DNA of 63,091 bases, counting the filler, from Octopus bimaculoides (taxonomy: Eukaryota): assembly GCF_001194135.2 (NCBI RefSeq). It is 5 parts of 5 records of this genome, joined end to end, with 100 filler letters (N's around TTAATTAATTAA, not from the genome) between each part and the next. Parts side by side here need not be neighbours in the genome. Positions count along the whole stretch, not along the records: positions 38,966 to 45,104 come from NC_068983.1; positions 45,205 to 55,441 come from NC_068989.1; 3 more parts are not named here. One strand, 5' to 3'. The notes below the pieces were generated by a model. That model worked only from the letters and a program-made list of their open reading frames with translations, did not search any database and was not told the DNA's origin. This document shows, in pieces, positions 39,637 through 52,740 of this stretch (position 1 is its first letter; every line of letters starts with the position of its first letter). A program made the translations under genes and the position numbers.

Positions 39637-41288
39637 AATCAAAATAAGTAACAAGGATATCCAGAGGTAATGCAGTACGATCGTTTCATGCAAATCCAAT
39701 TAATTGAACAATGCAATCATTACATCAATTTAAATGCAGAGCAATCCTCAGCTACACAAAAACAGAATTTAATTAAATTAAAACAGATGGATACATTAGT
39801 ATAACTATAACAGTATCTGTTAGGGGTAGGGCTGAGGGAGCAGACAGCAACCATATTTGGTATAGTCATAAAAACCAAGATTTATTAGAAGCAATATCAT
39901 GAGGTTTGATAAAGGAAAACTTAAAACAAGATGTTAGTTGACAATTAAGGGGTCGCCCACTAGCAGACCATTGATAATGAAACAGGAAAGCTTATCATGT
40001 AGTACTATAGTTAAAATATTTTAAACAATGTTGCTATATTATATACAGTTAAAGTTTAGGGTTATTCAGAGGATTATTAAGAAGAATATTATAACAAAAG
40101 GATAGAAATTTTTGAATACTTTTGAGTATATACCAAACTTTTACCACAATAGAGGGATGAAAAAGAAATTATCCAGAAATAGTTTAATATTTATACATAT
40201 TATACACTTAAATACTAACTCATCAGATGGTATCCGTGAATATTGATTAATTGGTATATACTGGTATTAATAAAGGAATTTTGAGGTAAAAGAATATGCT
40301 AATTATATATTAATAAAATTATAATCTAAGCAGTTTTGTATAAGTAGTGAGTATACCAGTATAGTTATATATAAGCAAGGTATGAATTTATAGAGGAACA
40401 AATTTAGATTAATTTTATAAATAAATAAAGACTAATTATAAAATAATAAAGAAATTAAAATAATCAAGAAGGGCAGAACAGCATAGAAAAGGAAAAAAAA
40501 TAGCTTAATCACTGAAACCATGATAAAGTATATGTAGCTTATTAACACCAATAGAGAAGATTTATAGAAAATGTATAATTAATAATATATTAGACAAAAA
40601 TTATATATTTACTTATTTAGCTAATATCAATAAAAGACTGATACCTGGTATCAGCTAAAGGAATATTTAAGTTATGAGACATTCATATTTTACACTAATT
40701 TTTTTTAAAACTAAGAGTTATATTATAGGTTTAAGAAGTTATTATTGTTACTCCCTACATGATATTTATAGTTTCTTAGTGGTATTTGTTTAGAAGGTTT
40801 ATTTATATAAAGGCCCTTATAAATACTAAGATCAGGAGGGTAGAGCCATTGAAGAAAGGGATAAATCAAGTCATTTCTAAGCATCATTTCAAACAATATT
40901 GTCTTATTGTATAAAGTTAAAATTTAGGGTAATCAAGAAGATTATTAAGAATGATATTATAATATTCTTTGAATATTTTGAGTATATACCAAATTTTATC
41001 ACAATAGAGGGAGGGAAAGAAAATTACAAAGAAATTGTTTATTATTATTATTTTTTTTACTTATTATTTATCTAAATATTAACTTACTAGATGGTTTCTA
41101 TGGAGATTGATCAATTGGATTTAACTGGTATTTTATAAGGGAGCACTGAGATTAAAGAACATGTTGACTGTATACAAATTTAATTAAAATGAATTATTTT
41201 AAGTTGTTGAGATACCGGTATCACGTTATATAAGCTGAGTTTGAATTAATAGGGGTACAAAGATTAGATTTATTTAAGGCTACTATAA

Positions 41289-41358
<70 letters not shown>

Positions 41359-41987
41359 NNNNNNNNNNNNNNNNNNNNNNNNNNNNNNNNNNNNNNNNNN
41401 NNNNNNNNNNNNNNNNNNNNNNNNNNNNNNNNNNNNNNNNNNNNNNNNNNNNNNNNNNNNNNNNNNNNNNNNNNNNNNNNNNNNNNNNNNNNNNNNNNNN
41501 NNNNNNNNNNNNNNNNNNNNNNNNNNNNNNNNNNNNNNNNNNNNNNNNNNNNNNNNNNNNNNNNNNNNNNNNNNNNNNNNNNNNNNNNNNNNNNNNNNNN
41601 NNNNNNNNNNNNNNNNNNNNNNNNNNNNNNNNNNNNNNNNNNNNNNNNNNNNNNNNNNNNNNNNNNNNNNNNNNNNNNNNNNNNNNNNNNNNNNNNNNNN
41701 NNNNNNNNNNNNNNNNNNNNNNNNNNNNNNNNNNNNNNNNNNNNNNNNNNNNNNNNNNNNNNNNNNNNNNNNNNNNNNNNNNNNNNNNNNNNNNNNNNNN
41801 NNNNNNNNNNNNNNNNNNNNNNNNNNNNNNNNNNNNNNNNNNNNNNNNNNNNNNNNNNNNNNNNNNNNNNNNNNNNNNNNNNNNNNNNNNNNNNNNNNNN
41901 NNNNNNNNNNNNNNNNNNNNNNNNNNNNNNNNNNNNNNNNNNNNNNNNNNNNNNNNNNNNNNNNNNNNNNNNNNNNNNNNNNNNNNN

Positions 41988-42041
<54 letters not shown>

Positions 42042-42491
42042 TGATCAGTTAGGGTAGAGCACCATAGAAAAGGAATAAAGACAGCCTAATCACTAAAAAC
42101 AATAATAAAATATCCATACCTTTATTTTAATAAGGTAGATATACAAGGATTTGATAAACTAGTCGATAAATTAAAACTGACCCCATAAAGACAAAGAAAT
42201 CAGTGACAGGCAGAGTCTGTAACAATGTATATCTTCTTTATACCTTAGCAGCTCCTATACTGGAGTGAAGGCAACATGTTCTTTGACTATCTCCTTAACT
42301 TCTTGGAGATTTTAGGTATAATTATACTAATATGTCCATCTGTTTTAATTTGATTAAATTCTATGTCTTTGTGTAGCTGAGGATTGCTCTGCATTTAAAT
42401 TGATGTAATGATTGCATTGTTCAATCAAATGGAGTTGCATGAAACGATCGTACTGCATTACTTCTGGATATCCTTGTTGCTTATTTTGATT
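39637..42491. mobile_element. Putative non-autonomous element with ~172-bp terminal inverted repeats and internal diverged tandem duplication
   Basis: 39637-39808 is the reverse complement of 42317-42491, with about 10 differences by eye. The interior is AT-rich with no ORF. No clear TSD. Confidence 0.6.
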
Positions 42492-42571
42492 TTAAACACC
42501 TTATTTTGAAATTGTATGGATAATACCGTACTAAATTCTGATGCCTCAACTTAAGTACCATATTCATCTGA

Positions 42572-42625
<54 letters not shown>

Positions 42626-45036
42626 ATATATATATATANNNNNNNNNNNNNNNNNNNNNNNNNNNNNNNNNNNNNNNNNNNNNNNNNNNNNNNNNNNNNN
42701 NNNNNNNNNNNNNNNNNNNNNNNNNNNNNNNNNNNNNNNNNNNNNNNNNNNNNNNNNNNNNNNNNNNNNNNNNNNNNNNNNNNNNNNNNNNNNNNNNNNN
42801 NNNNNNNNNNNNNNNNNNNNNNNNNNNNNNNNNNNNNNNNNNNNNNNNNNNNNNNNNNNNNNNNNNNNNNNNNNNNNNNNNNNNNNNTATATATATTCGC
42901 TGTCATGGCTGTGTAGTAAAAAGTTTTCTTTCCAACCACCTGTTTCATGGTTCGATTTCAATGCGTGGCACGTTCGCCAAGTATCTTCTACTATATCCTG
43001 GGGCCGACCAAAGCTTGTGAGTGGCTTTGGTTGACGGAAACTGAATGAAGACTATCATATCTATCTATCTATATATGCATGTATGTATGTATGTATGTAT
43101 GTATTTATACACACACACATACATGAACATTTATATTTTATAGTTTTGTATAACACCTGCTTTTCATACAAACATACATGCGCATTTGAATATCTACATG
43201 CACAAATATTTTTACCCACAGTAGTCAGTTAATAAATAATACTTTTAAAATCAGGATATACTTCTTCGTAACCTCTTTTACGGGCTCTAACTAATTTAAT
43301 TCTTAAGCAAGTTTAAAGATGGTTACGTTTTTTCAGGAGCACCAGTACTCAGTCACATTTTGAGTTATTATAATAGAAAAGTAGTTGGATAAAAATTATG
43401 GTTACGGTAAAATGATGTGTTCAAAATTGGGTGAGTGCGCCTTACATGTAATCGAAGATGAAATTGATATGAACAAATATGTCATTTTTAGTTTTCCTTA
43501 TATTTAAAATTATATCAACCACTGTTTAGCTTCTAATTCTCACGAAGAAAATATGGTAGGTGATGTGGTAAGTTGATAGACGATGTATCCTGCCTTTCAA
43601 AATTTTAATATGTGTTCATAACGAGAAGAGTAAATAGGATAAACTTTAATTTGTGCAGTAAAGGTCAAATAGGTAATGTTATTTCGTCAGCTCAGAAATA
43701 ACGATGGTTTTAGGAGTGAAGGCTAGCTTGCCCCACTAAAAAATGAGAATTTGCTCTCACTAGAAGCAATGATGTTGAAATCTATGCCCACGTATCTCAG
43801 GACATCCAGCATTCTTGGGCTTTTACTGGCCAGAATCTCGTCCCCTCTCCTCAATAATCATGATTTCTATTAAGCTTGATCAACTAAACCCCCTTCCCTT
43901 GATGTACACATTACCAAAATACAGTCAAAGGGCATCCTAATCTTCCTTTTTATCATAATTCTCCCACTCAAAAGGTGTTTTGCTTACATTCAAATTCCAA
44001 CTTCAGCTGCCATATTCTTAAGCTTTTACTTCTTGAACATGTATACATGCACAAACGCATATGTATGCCTCTCTCCAGCCGGTCGCTTATGTCACAAAAC
44101 TAGGCGTACTTGTCTCGACAGAAAGCTTTGAGGTAAAATATATACATGCTTTTCTTATAGTACTTCAGGAATTCATTCTTTCTGTTTAATTCTTCACATT
44201 AGACTTATATTGTTGCTCCGAGTAATTCATAATTATTTTCAATTATTGGTAGAGCTCTTTCACTCAGTCACTCTTTCGTTGAGTTCAAATAGAAACTTTG
44301 AATTATTCAATACGTCGGTAAACAGTATTACCCAGCTGGATATAAACTTTCCTTTTCTGATACAGTTGTACACCCGGTCATTCTAGCATATAACTCTAGA
44401 CTAGAGTGACTGACCGCCTGGTCTATTTATTGTGATGTATTTGTGCCTATATTGTTCTTTGATCTGGCCTATAACTTAGAATGCTCATTATTTATTAGTG
44501 GTAGTTTTATTGTGTGAATTATCCTGTCTTGGATATCGTTTGAGAAGGATAATGTTGACATTTTGTATCTTTGCAGTCAAATGTACATGAATTATCAAAT
44601 AGATGAACACATTATCAAAATAGCTCGAAGTCGTAAATTAACACAATAACGTACCACAAAAATACTAAAATTAAAACCCCTCTTGTCAATAACAGGCAAC
44701 AAACATATAAACTGCGAACAAATTGATAATGACATATTAGATTGCAAACGAAAGTTACAAACCTTACGACTCCAACTTTTATATTGGCTACACATTTATA
44801 ACACTCCCTTGCCACCTCAGGCGTAATTATAATGCACTACATCACGTAATACAAAACAAAACCACACAAGAAAACATTTATATTTTGTGGAAAAATACCC
44901 AGGAATTTAGACATAATCTTTATTCAGTCAACATTCCCAGGACAGGTAAAGATTGTCAGCATCTTTACAAAGGCATTTCTCAAAAATGTAGGGAATTCGT
45001 GTGATTGTCTATTTTATCTATATATATAAAAATGAG

Positions 45037-45104
<68 letters not shown>

Positions 45105-45314
45105 NNNNNNNNNNNNNNNNNNNNNNNNNNNNNNNNNNNNNNNNNNNNTTAATTAATTAANNNNNNNNNNNNNNNNNNNNNNNNNNNNNNNNNNNNNNNN
45201 NNNNTATATATATATACAGAAAAAGCATAATAGCTTCCCCAAACCATTCAGTTTCATTTTGAGGGACAAACAAACGAACAAAAAAACGGACAGAACCTCT
45301 CTATTATATATATA

Positions 45315-45650
45315 GGTGCAGGAGCGGCTTTGTGGTAAGAAGCTTGCTTCCCAACCACATGGTTCCAGGTTCAGTGTCTCACTGCATGGCACCTTGGGCA
45401 AGTGTCTTCTACTATAACCTCGGGCTGGCCAAAGCCTTGTGAGTGGATTTGATAGATGGAAACTGAAAGAAACCCGTCGTATATATACGTGTGTGTCTGT
45501 GCCTGTGTCCCCGTAAGTTAGCAGCTCGTCAAAAGATACCGATAAAATAAGTACTAGGTTTACAAAGAACGAGTCCTGGGTGTCGATTTGTTCGACTAAA
45601 AATGGAGCCCCACAGTGGCCGCGGTCAAATGACTGAAAGAAGTAAAAGAA
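45315..45650 (+). mobile_element. SINE family A copy
   Basis: Head ggagcggctttgtggtaag...; tail gactgaaagaagtaaaagaa. Confidence 0.88.
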
Positions 45651-45904
45651 TATATATTTATTTATTTATTTATATGTATATATACATACATAAATATATA
45701 TATTTATTTATATTTCTATATCGATATGTGTTTTTATATTTGTATTTGTCCTCCACCACCGCTTGACAACTGCAGTTGGTGTGTTTACATCACCATAATC
45801 TAGCGGTTCAGCAAAAGGATAACGATAGAATTAGTACTATGTGTGTGTGTATGTATGTAGGTATGTATGTATGTATGTATGTATGTATGCATGTATGTGT
45901 GCAT

Positions 45905-46700
45905 GTATACGTCATTCTGAGACAAGATGGCGCAACTCAAGGTAACATCATGCTGGACAACAAGCCTTTAGAGGGTGTAAAGAAATTCTGCTATCTCGGG
46001 TCCACAATTACTTCGACAACCTCCCTACACGACGAAATATTGTCAGGTCAGAAAAAGCTGCTACAGCCTTTGGCAGACTCAACAAGATGCTCACAAGGAA
46101 AACCAAAACAAGGATTTATGAAGCACGCATACTGACCACCCTCCTCTATGGATCAGAGACCTTGACACTTAACACAAAGATCAGCATCTTTCATTTGAGA
46201 TGCCTGCACAAGACAAGGCTTCTCAGATAAAAGACAAAGTAACCAACACAGAAGTCTTGAAACAGGCAGCACTTCCGAGCATGACAACAATTCTGCGCAA
46301 AAGGAGACTAAGACGTCTTGGGCATGTGAAGCTGACGGATGACAATAGAATTCCCAAGCAGTTGTTATATGGCTAGTTGGCTCAGAGTAGCAGACCCATA
46401 GGACGACCAAAGCTGGGATTTAAAGACACATGTAAGAGTAGCCCGACCAAGTGCCACATCGATGCAAAGAGTTGGGAAAAGTTAGCTAAAGATAGAACTG
46501 CATGTGAAAACTCGGTGAACAAAGGAGTCAAACAACTCGAGGAAGAAGAAAACATCCTGACCCTCAAAGCAAAACGTCAAAGAAAGAAAGACAACACACT
46601 GCACCTTCTTTGCTTGCAGATTTCGCAGCAGAACTTGCTCGTCAAATATAGAAGGATCAGTCATGAGAGAAACTGCAGGAAGAAAACTACGAGTACTTAA
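45905..46700 (+). mobile_element. RTE-clade LINE 3' fragment (degenerate)
   Basis: FCYLGSTI, TLLYGSET, KVTNTEVL, RRLRRLGHV, RIPKQLLYG, RPIGRPKL.FKD..K, WEKLAKDR, and a decayed C-terminal zinc-finger-like region. Confidence 0.88.
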
Positions 46701-46741
46701 TTAAGACACTCACCATTGCTTAGAATGTCTGTCAAGAATAT

Positions 46742-46793
<52 letters not shown>

Positions 46794-46884
46794 TCTTTTA
46801 TTTTTTCAGTCGTTTGACTGCGGCCATGCTGGAGCACCACCTTTAGGCGAACAAATCGACCCCAGAACATATATATATAGTGAA

Positions 46885-47188
46885 GGCGCGTGGCTTAGTG
46901 GTTAGGGCATTCGGCTCACGATCGTAAGGTCGTGAGTTCGATTCCCGGCGACGCGTTGTGTCCTTGAGCAAGACACTTTATTTCACGTTGCTCCAGTCCA
47001 CTCAGCTGGCAAAAATGAGTTGTACCTGTATCTCAAAGGGCCGGCCTTGTCGTGCTATGTGTCACGCTGAATCTCCCTGAGAACTACGTTTCTGTGGATT
47101 GCTCAGTCACTTGCACGTTAATTTCATGAGCAGGCTGTTCCGTTGATCGTATCAGCTGGGACCCTCGTCGTCGTAACCCACGGAGTGC
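46885..47188 (+). mobile_element. tRNA-derived SINE family C (short form)
   Basis: A box TGGCTTAGTGG and B box GAGTTCGATTCCC. The 3' tail matches 23612-23800. Confidence 0.88.
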
Positions 47189-49368
47189 TCCTTAAATATA
47201 TATATATATATANNNNNNNNNNNNNNNNNNNNNNNNNNNNNNNNNNNNNNNNNNNNNNNNNNNNNNNNNNNNNNNNNNNNNNNNNNNNNNNNNNNNNNNN
47301 NNNNNNNNNNNNNNNNNNNNNNNNNNNNNNNNNNNNNNNNNNNNNNNNNNNNNNNNNNNNNNNNNNNNNNNNNNNNNNNNNNNNNNNNNNNNNNNNNNNN
47401 NNNNNNNNNNNNNNNNNNNNNNNNNNNNNNNNNNNNNNNNNNNNNNNNNNNNNNNNNNNNNNNNNNNNNNNNNNNNNNNNNNNNNNNNNNNNNNNNNNNN
47501 NNNNNNNNNNNNNNNNNNNNNNNNNNNNNNNNNNNNNNNNNNNNNNNNNNNNNNNNNNNNNNNNNNNNNNNNNNNNNNNNNNNNNNNNNNNNNNNNNNNN
47601 NNNNNNNNNNNNNNNNNNNNNNNNNNCTGTTCTTATTGGAACTAATATGTTTCAGATGGATGATGGTCAATTGCCTATCGTATGATTGTCATTTTATACA
47701 ATATATGTATGTTGGCAATTAGTTTTTCATGCGTAAACGTATAGAAGTAGAAAAGTAAACCGAAAAAGTTCTTCCCTTTCTTTCTGATAGTTACACGATT
47801 CTAATAGTTCTTTGATAATACACAAAAGTTATAACCAGAGAAAATATAATCAATACAATAAACACCTTTCCATTGGCAAGAGATGATTGTCACACATTCT
47901 ACAAGTAGAAAAACAATACCATCCATTCAACTGGAGAAAGGAGTACTAGCTATTGTTGTTAAAAGTACAATGTAATTTTCTTAACCGAGTATTGTGGATT
48001 TGTAAGCAAACATTTCAGATATGAAATAATGTAATGTATATTTGTTTTTGTTTTTTTTTTTAATCTGATTAACTTGTTTTTCATATAATGGCTTTATTGT
48101 TCGTGTAACAAAACAATTTTTTATTGTGAAAATACCTCCATTCACATACACAAAAGAAAAACACTCACACAGATTCACACACATATACAGACGCTCACAC
48201 TCACAAACAGGCATCCAAAATATACATGGATATGATTTATACATTAACCCGAATTTACGAAACCGTAAGAGTTCAGAAAAAGCAACTCTTTCAACAATGA
48301 AACTCTTTATTATCTATGCAATTGTGAGGATATTTATCATAATAATTAAGTTGTGTTACATAATAACAAACTAAATACAAACAACAGAAACTCAACGTTG
48401 GTCAGAATTGTTGTCGGAACGTACTTTATACATTATAATAACAAAATAACAGTCTGAACCAACGAGGAAGCCTCGGCGATGCCGGACTGAGAGAATCGTT
48501 AGCACGTCGGACAAAATGCTTCACGGCATTTTATTAAAATGCTTCTGAGTTCATATACCGCCGAGGTCAGCTTTACTTTCCACCGTTAGGGAATCGATAA
48601 AATAAGTACCAGTTAAGTACTGGAATAGATGTGCCTGTGGTAGAAACGATCATTATTATTATTAAAGGTGGCGAGCTGGAAAAATCTTTAACAAATCAAT
48701 TAAGATGCTTCACGACATTTCTTCCAGCTCTTTACGTTCTGAGTTCAAATCACGCCGTGGCTGACCTTGCCTTTATCCTTTTGGAGTCGATGAAATAAGT
48801 ACCAGTTGAGCACTGGAGTCGATGTAATCGACTAACTCCGTCCCACTAAATTTGCTAGCCTCGCCCCAAAATTTGAAGCCATCATCAAAACAACCCATCA
48901 GAATCATTAGTATCGTCTAGATTAAAACAAACTGATGGCTTAATTGTTTTTTCTTCATAGAAAATTATCTCCATATATAAATGAGAAGCATGACATGTCA
49001 ACGAATCTAAGAATACTGTAAATATATATCCGCTGGAAAGTTAAGAACAGGTTCCTGCCTTGAAATATAGGTAGTTACTAGTTAACAGTTGTTGTTGTTG
49101 CTGCTGCTACTACTGCTGGTACTGTTGTTGTTGCTGTTGTTGGTTTTTTCAAGGTCCATTCCTATCAAACTGACCGACGATAAAAGGTGTTCCAGTCATA
49201 ACCATCCTGTCTTTATTGTATGTTTTACACTATGCTGTCCAATATGTTCCTTTCTTTTCCAATATGGTAGAGATTCGTCTGCTATTCTTCGCAAGTCTAG
49301 CAATCACGTAGAGATTTCTTCGTTGTTTATTGTCGCCAGATTTTGTGTGTCGTGTTGTATGTTTGTGT

Positions 49369-49420
<52 letters not shown>

Positions 49421-49914
49421 GTGTGTGTGTGTGAACGTGTAGACATGTATACATACTGTCACTGAAAATGTGAACCAGACACACACTCACACACACACAG
49501 AGGCACACAGACAGACAGACAGACAGACAGTCAGACAGACAGACAGACAGACAGACNNNNNNNNNNNNNNNNNNNNNNNNNNNNNNNNNNNNNNNNNNNN
49601 NNNNNNNNNNNNNNNNNNNNNNNNNNNNNNNNNNNNNNNNNNNNNNNNNNNNNNNNATATATATATATATATATATATGCTTATGGTATTTATGTGCGCG
49701 AGTGTGACTGGTGTATGCTAGTGTAGTTGCAACAGCAATGATGGGGGATAGGCATTGAGCTGAGGTTTGGTGGAGTGAGAGAGTGTAGAGAGGGGAAGTA
49801 TACGTTACAATAGACGTGTGCATGTGTGTGTGTGCATGTGTATGTGTGCATGTGTGTGTTCGTGACAGTGTCATCAAGCGTATTCACTGGAAGGCCATGT
49901 TCTTCGAGAATCCT

Positions 49915-50465
49915 TCTACCACTACATCCGCAGACAAGTTCGGCTTCAAATCCTGAAAGTGCCCTCCCCAGATAAAAAGGACCATGAGAGCTTCGAAATT
50001 GGCTTATGGAGCACTGTAAAGAAAGTTAGGTTTCGATATCCTTCTAACCCTCTACTCAATCTAAAAATGACCATATGGGGAAAATTAAGCAATGTACGCA
50101 TCCTTGCAAAAGCAAAAACATTTATGAAACAAGGATCCCACCCACGCACGCAAGACTCTTCACAAATACAATCACAAGATATACAAGAAGACTAACACCT
50201 CCGCATACAATGAGATACTATAAATACAGAAGCGAAGGAGCTTGCCAGCCTCTTGATATCGAGGATCGCGTGAACCTCCTCGTCAAGTGACCGCCAACCA
50301 CCTACATTACACTTAAGGATCATAAACCTAATTTCCTCTCCAGCCCCACAATCAGGCTAATCAACTCTTCTAAAAGTAAGATAGGCATTGCCAGTAAGCA
50401 CATTCTTGATACCATCAGCTCTGACATTAGAAGAGCAACAGAGTTGATTCAATTGGATTCTTGCG
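49915..50465 (+). mobile_element. Penelope-like element RT fragment (degenerate)
   Basis: DKFGFKS, then TYITLKDHKPNFLSSPTIRLINSSKSKIGIASKHILDTI, matching the ITLKDHKPNF...RLINP.KSEIG..SK.ILD motif of Penelope-like RTs. Confidence 0.78.
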
Positions 50466-51779
50466 CCTGTATCAGACAGGATTATCATTATTATTAAGGT
50501 GGCGAGAAAAAGCGGTGAAAGAAGGCGGTGAGCTGGCAGAATCGTTAGCATCGGGCAAAATACTTAGCGGCATTTTGTCCGTCTTTATGTTCTGAGTTCA
50601 AATTCTACCGACATCGACTTTGGCTTTCACCTTTTCGGAGCCGATAAAATAAGTAACAGTCAAGTACTGGGGTCGATGTAATCGACTAGTTCCTGTCTCT
50701 AAAAATATCAGGCATTATAATTATAATAGAAAGTATTATTATTAAGGTGGCGTGTTGGCAGAATTGTTAGCGCATCAGACAAATTGCTTTCACATCTTCG
50801 TATCCCTCCCACTCTCTTCCTCAGCCACTCTTGCCTACTTCTCTACATCTACTAACGTTTTGGAGCATTTAATTTGTATACAACACTAAATAGTAACACA
50901 TATTTCTTTCTCGTATGTCTCAGGCAATGCTGTTGGAGGTACTGGACGGCACTTCAACCCCTCACTATTCAATGGTGCACTCTCAGATTTTGAAAATACA
51001 GTTTACAAAAATCTTCCTGCAATATATTTCCGAGAAGTCTAACTAACATACCCGTCGCTAAGGAGGGGCACTGGACGGTATTGCCTCCTCGCTATTCAAT
51101 AGTGCAACCTCAGATTTAGAAAATACAGTTTACAAAAATCTTCCCACAATATAAATTAGTTCCCCCCAAGAATATTTTGAAGCACCCCCAGCCACCAAAG
51201 TTTGGCAATGGGTCTGTCTCATACGAAGAGACATGTCTGAAACATAAGTCCTCGCCTATTACAGCAATCAAATTTATCAAATTCATTCACAAATTCTTCT
51301 CTCTTCTACACATACGTTCAACTTTTAGTCTGAAGTGAACTTCTAAGTGTAAAAAAATAAGAACAGAGGATACTAGCTGAGACATAAAACGTTCTTAATT
51401 TATTACTTAACATGGAATTGTTGACATATTTTTCATTATTGCTAATTAATTTGACCTCTTATGTGAAGTGTTTTTTTTTTTTTTTGGTCGCTCCAGTACA
51501 CCTCTTCTAAAGCGAAATCTTTTCTTTCTTCTCGGTTGCTGAGGATGTATTCAAAAATGTTTAATTAACATATTCTGTTTAAATAAGAATCAGTCAATAG
51601 TTCTATACTGCTTACGCCCAAGCGTTGATCAAAGAGATACATTGAGAAAAAATCCTTTGTATCGCGAGAAAATATCTCAGAGAATTTCCATGACAACTTC
51701 CCGAAGAACTCAGTGAAATAGCTCGTTGGTACAATGGCGCACCTTAATACCTCCTTTCCCCATTTTACACATTATCTTT

Positions 51780-51975
51780 TATTTTCTACTTGTTTCAGTC
51801 ATTTGACTGTGGCCATGCTGGGGCATCGCTTTGGGAGATTTTGGTCGAATGTATCGACACCAGTAATTATTTTTTTAAGCCTGGTACTTACTCTATCGGT
51901 CATTTTTGACAATCCGCTAGATTACAGGGACGTAAACACACCAACACCGGTTATCAAGTGGTGGGTGGACAAATA
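51780..51975 (-). mobile_element. SINE family A, 3' half; other partial copies at about 37140-37255, 42897-43050, 52820-53025 and 55250-55412
   Basis: Tail sequence tttcagtcatttgactgtggccatgctg. Confidence 0.8.
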
Positions 51976-52703
51976 CAGACACAAAGGCGCGCGCGCACAA
52001 CACACGCGCACACACATACACACACATACACACATGGATAAACTGGGATTTTCAGAAAGAGAAATCGACCGGCTAATTCGTACATTACATGTGCAATCTA
52101 TGAGTGGAACAGTAAAAATATGCAAGACTTTCTCAAATTCCAAATATAAATTTGTCTGTGTTAACTACATCCCAAAGATGGAGCCTTGTATCTTTCTTGG
52201 AAATCGGCTCCCTCCTCATTGGCAGTTTTATAATAATTACAAATAGAAGAAACATACATACATACATTGGAGCCCTGGGATATGTAACACACTGCCTAAA
52301 TACCAATCTTGAGAAATTAGGCTTCTCAAAAGCAGAAAGGAGAAAGTTAATTGGAAGACTACAGACTTAATCCATTACTGGAAATGTAAAAATTTGTAAA
52401 AGTTTCCAGAAGTTTATCATTTATATATATATGAGCGTGTCTAGATATGCAAATATATGCATGAGAATACATATATAAAACAAAATATACAAATTTGCAC
52501 ATATACATACATACATACACACATACATACATACATACACACATACATACATACATACATACATACATACACACATACATACATATATACATACATACAC
52601 ACACACATACATACATACATACATACACACACATGTACATAATACATACATACATACAAACTTAAATACATACAAACATACATACACACACATACATACA
52701 CAC

Positions 52704-52740
<37 letters not shown>

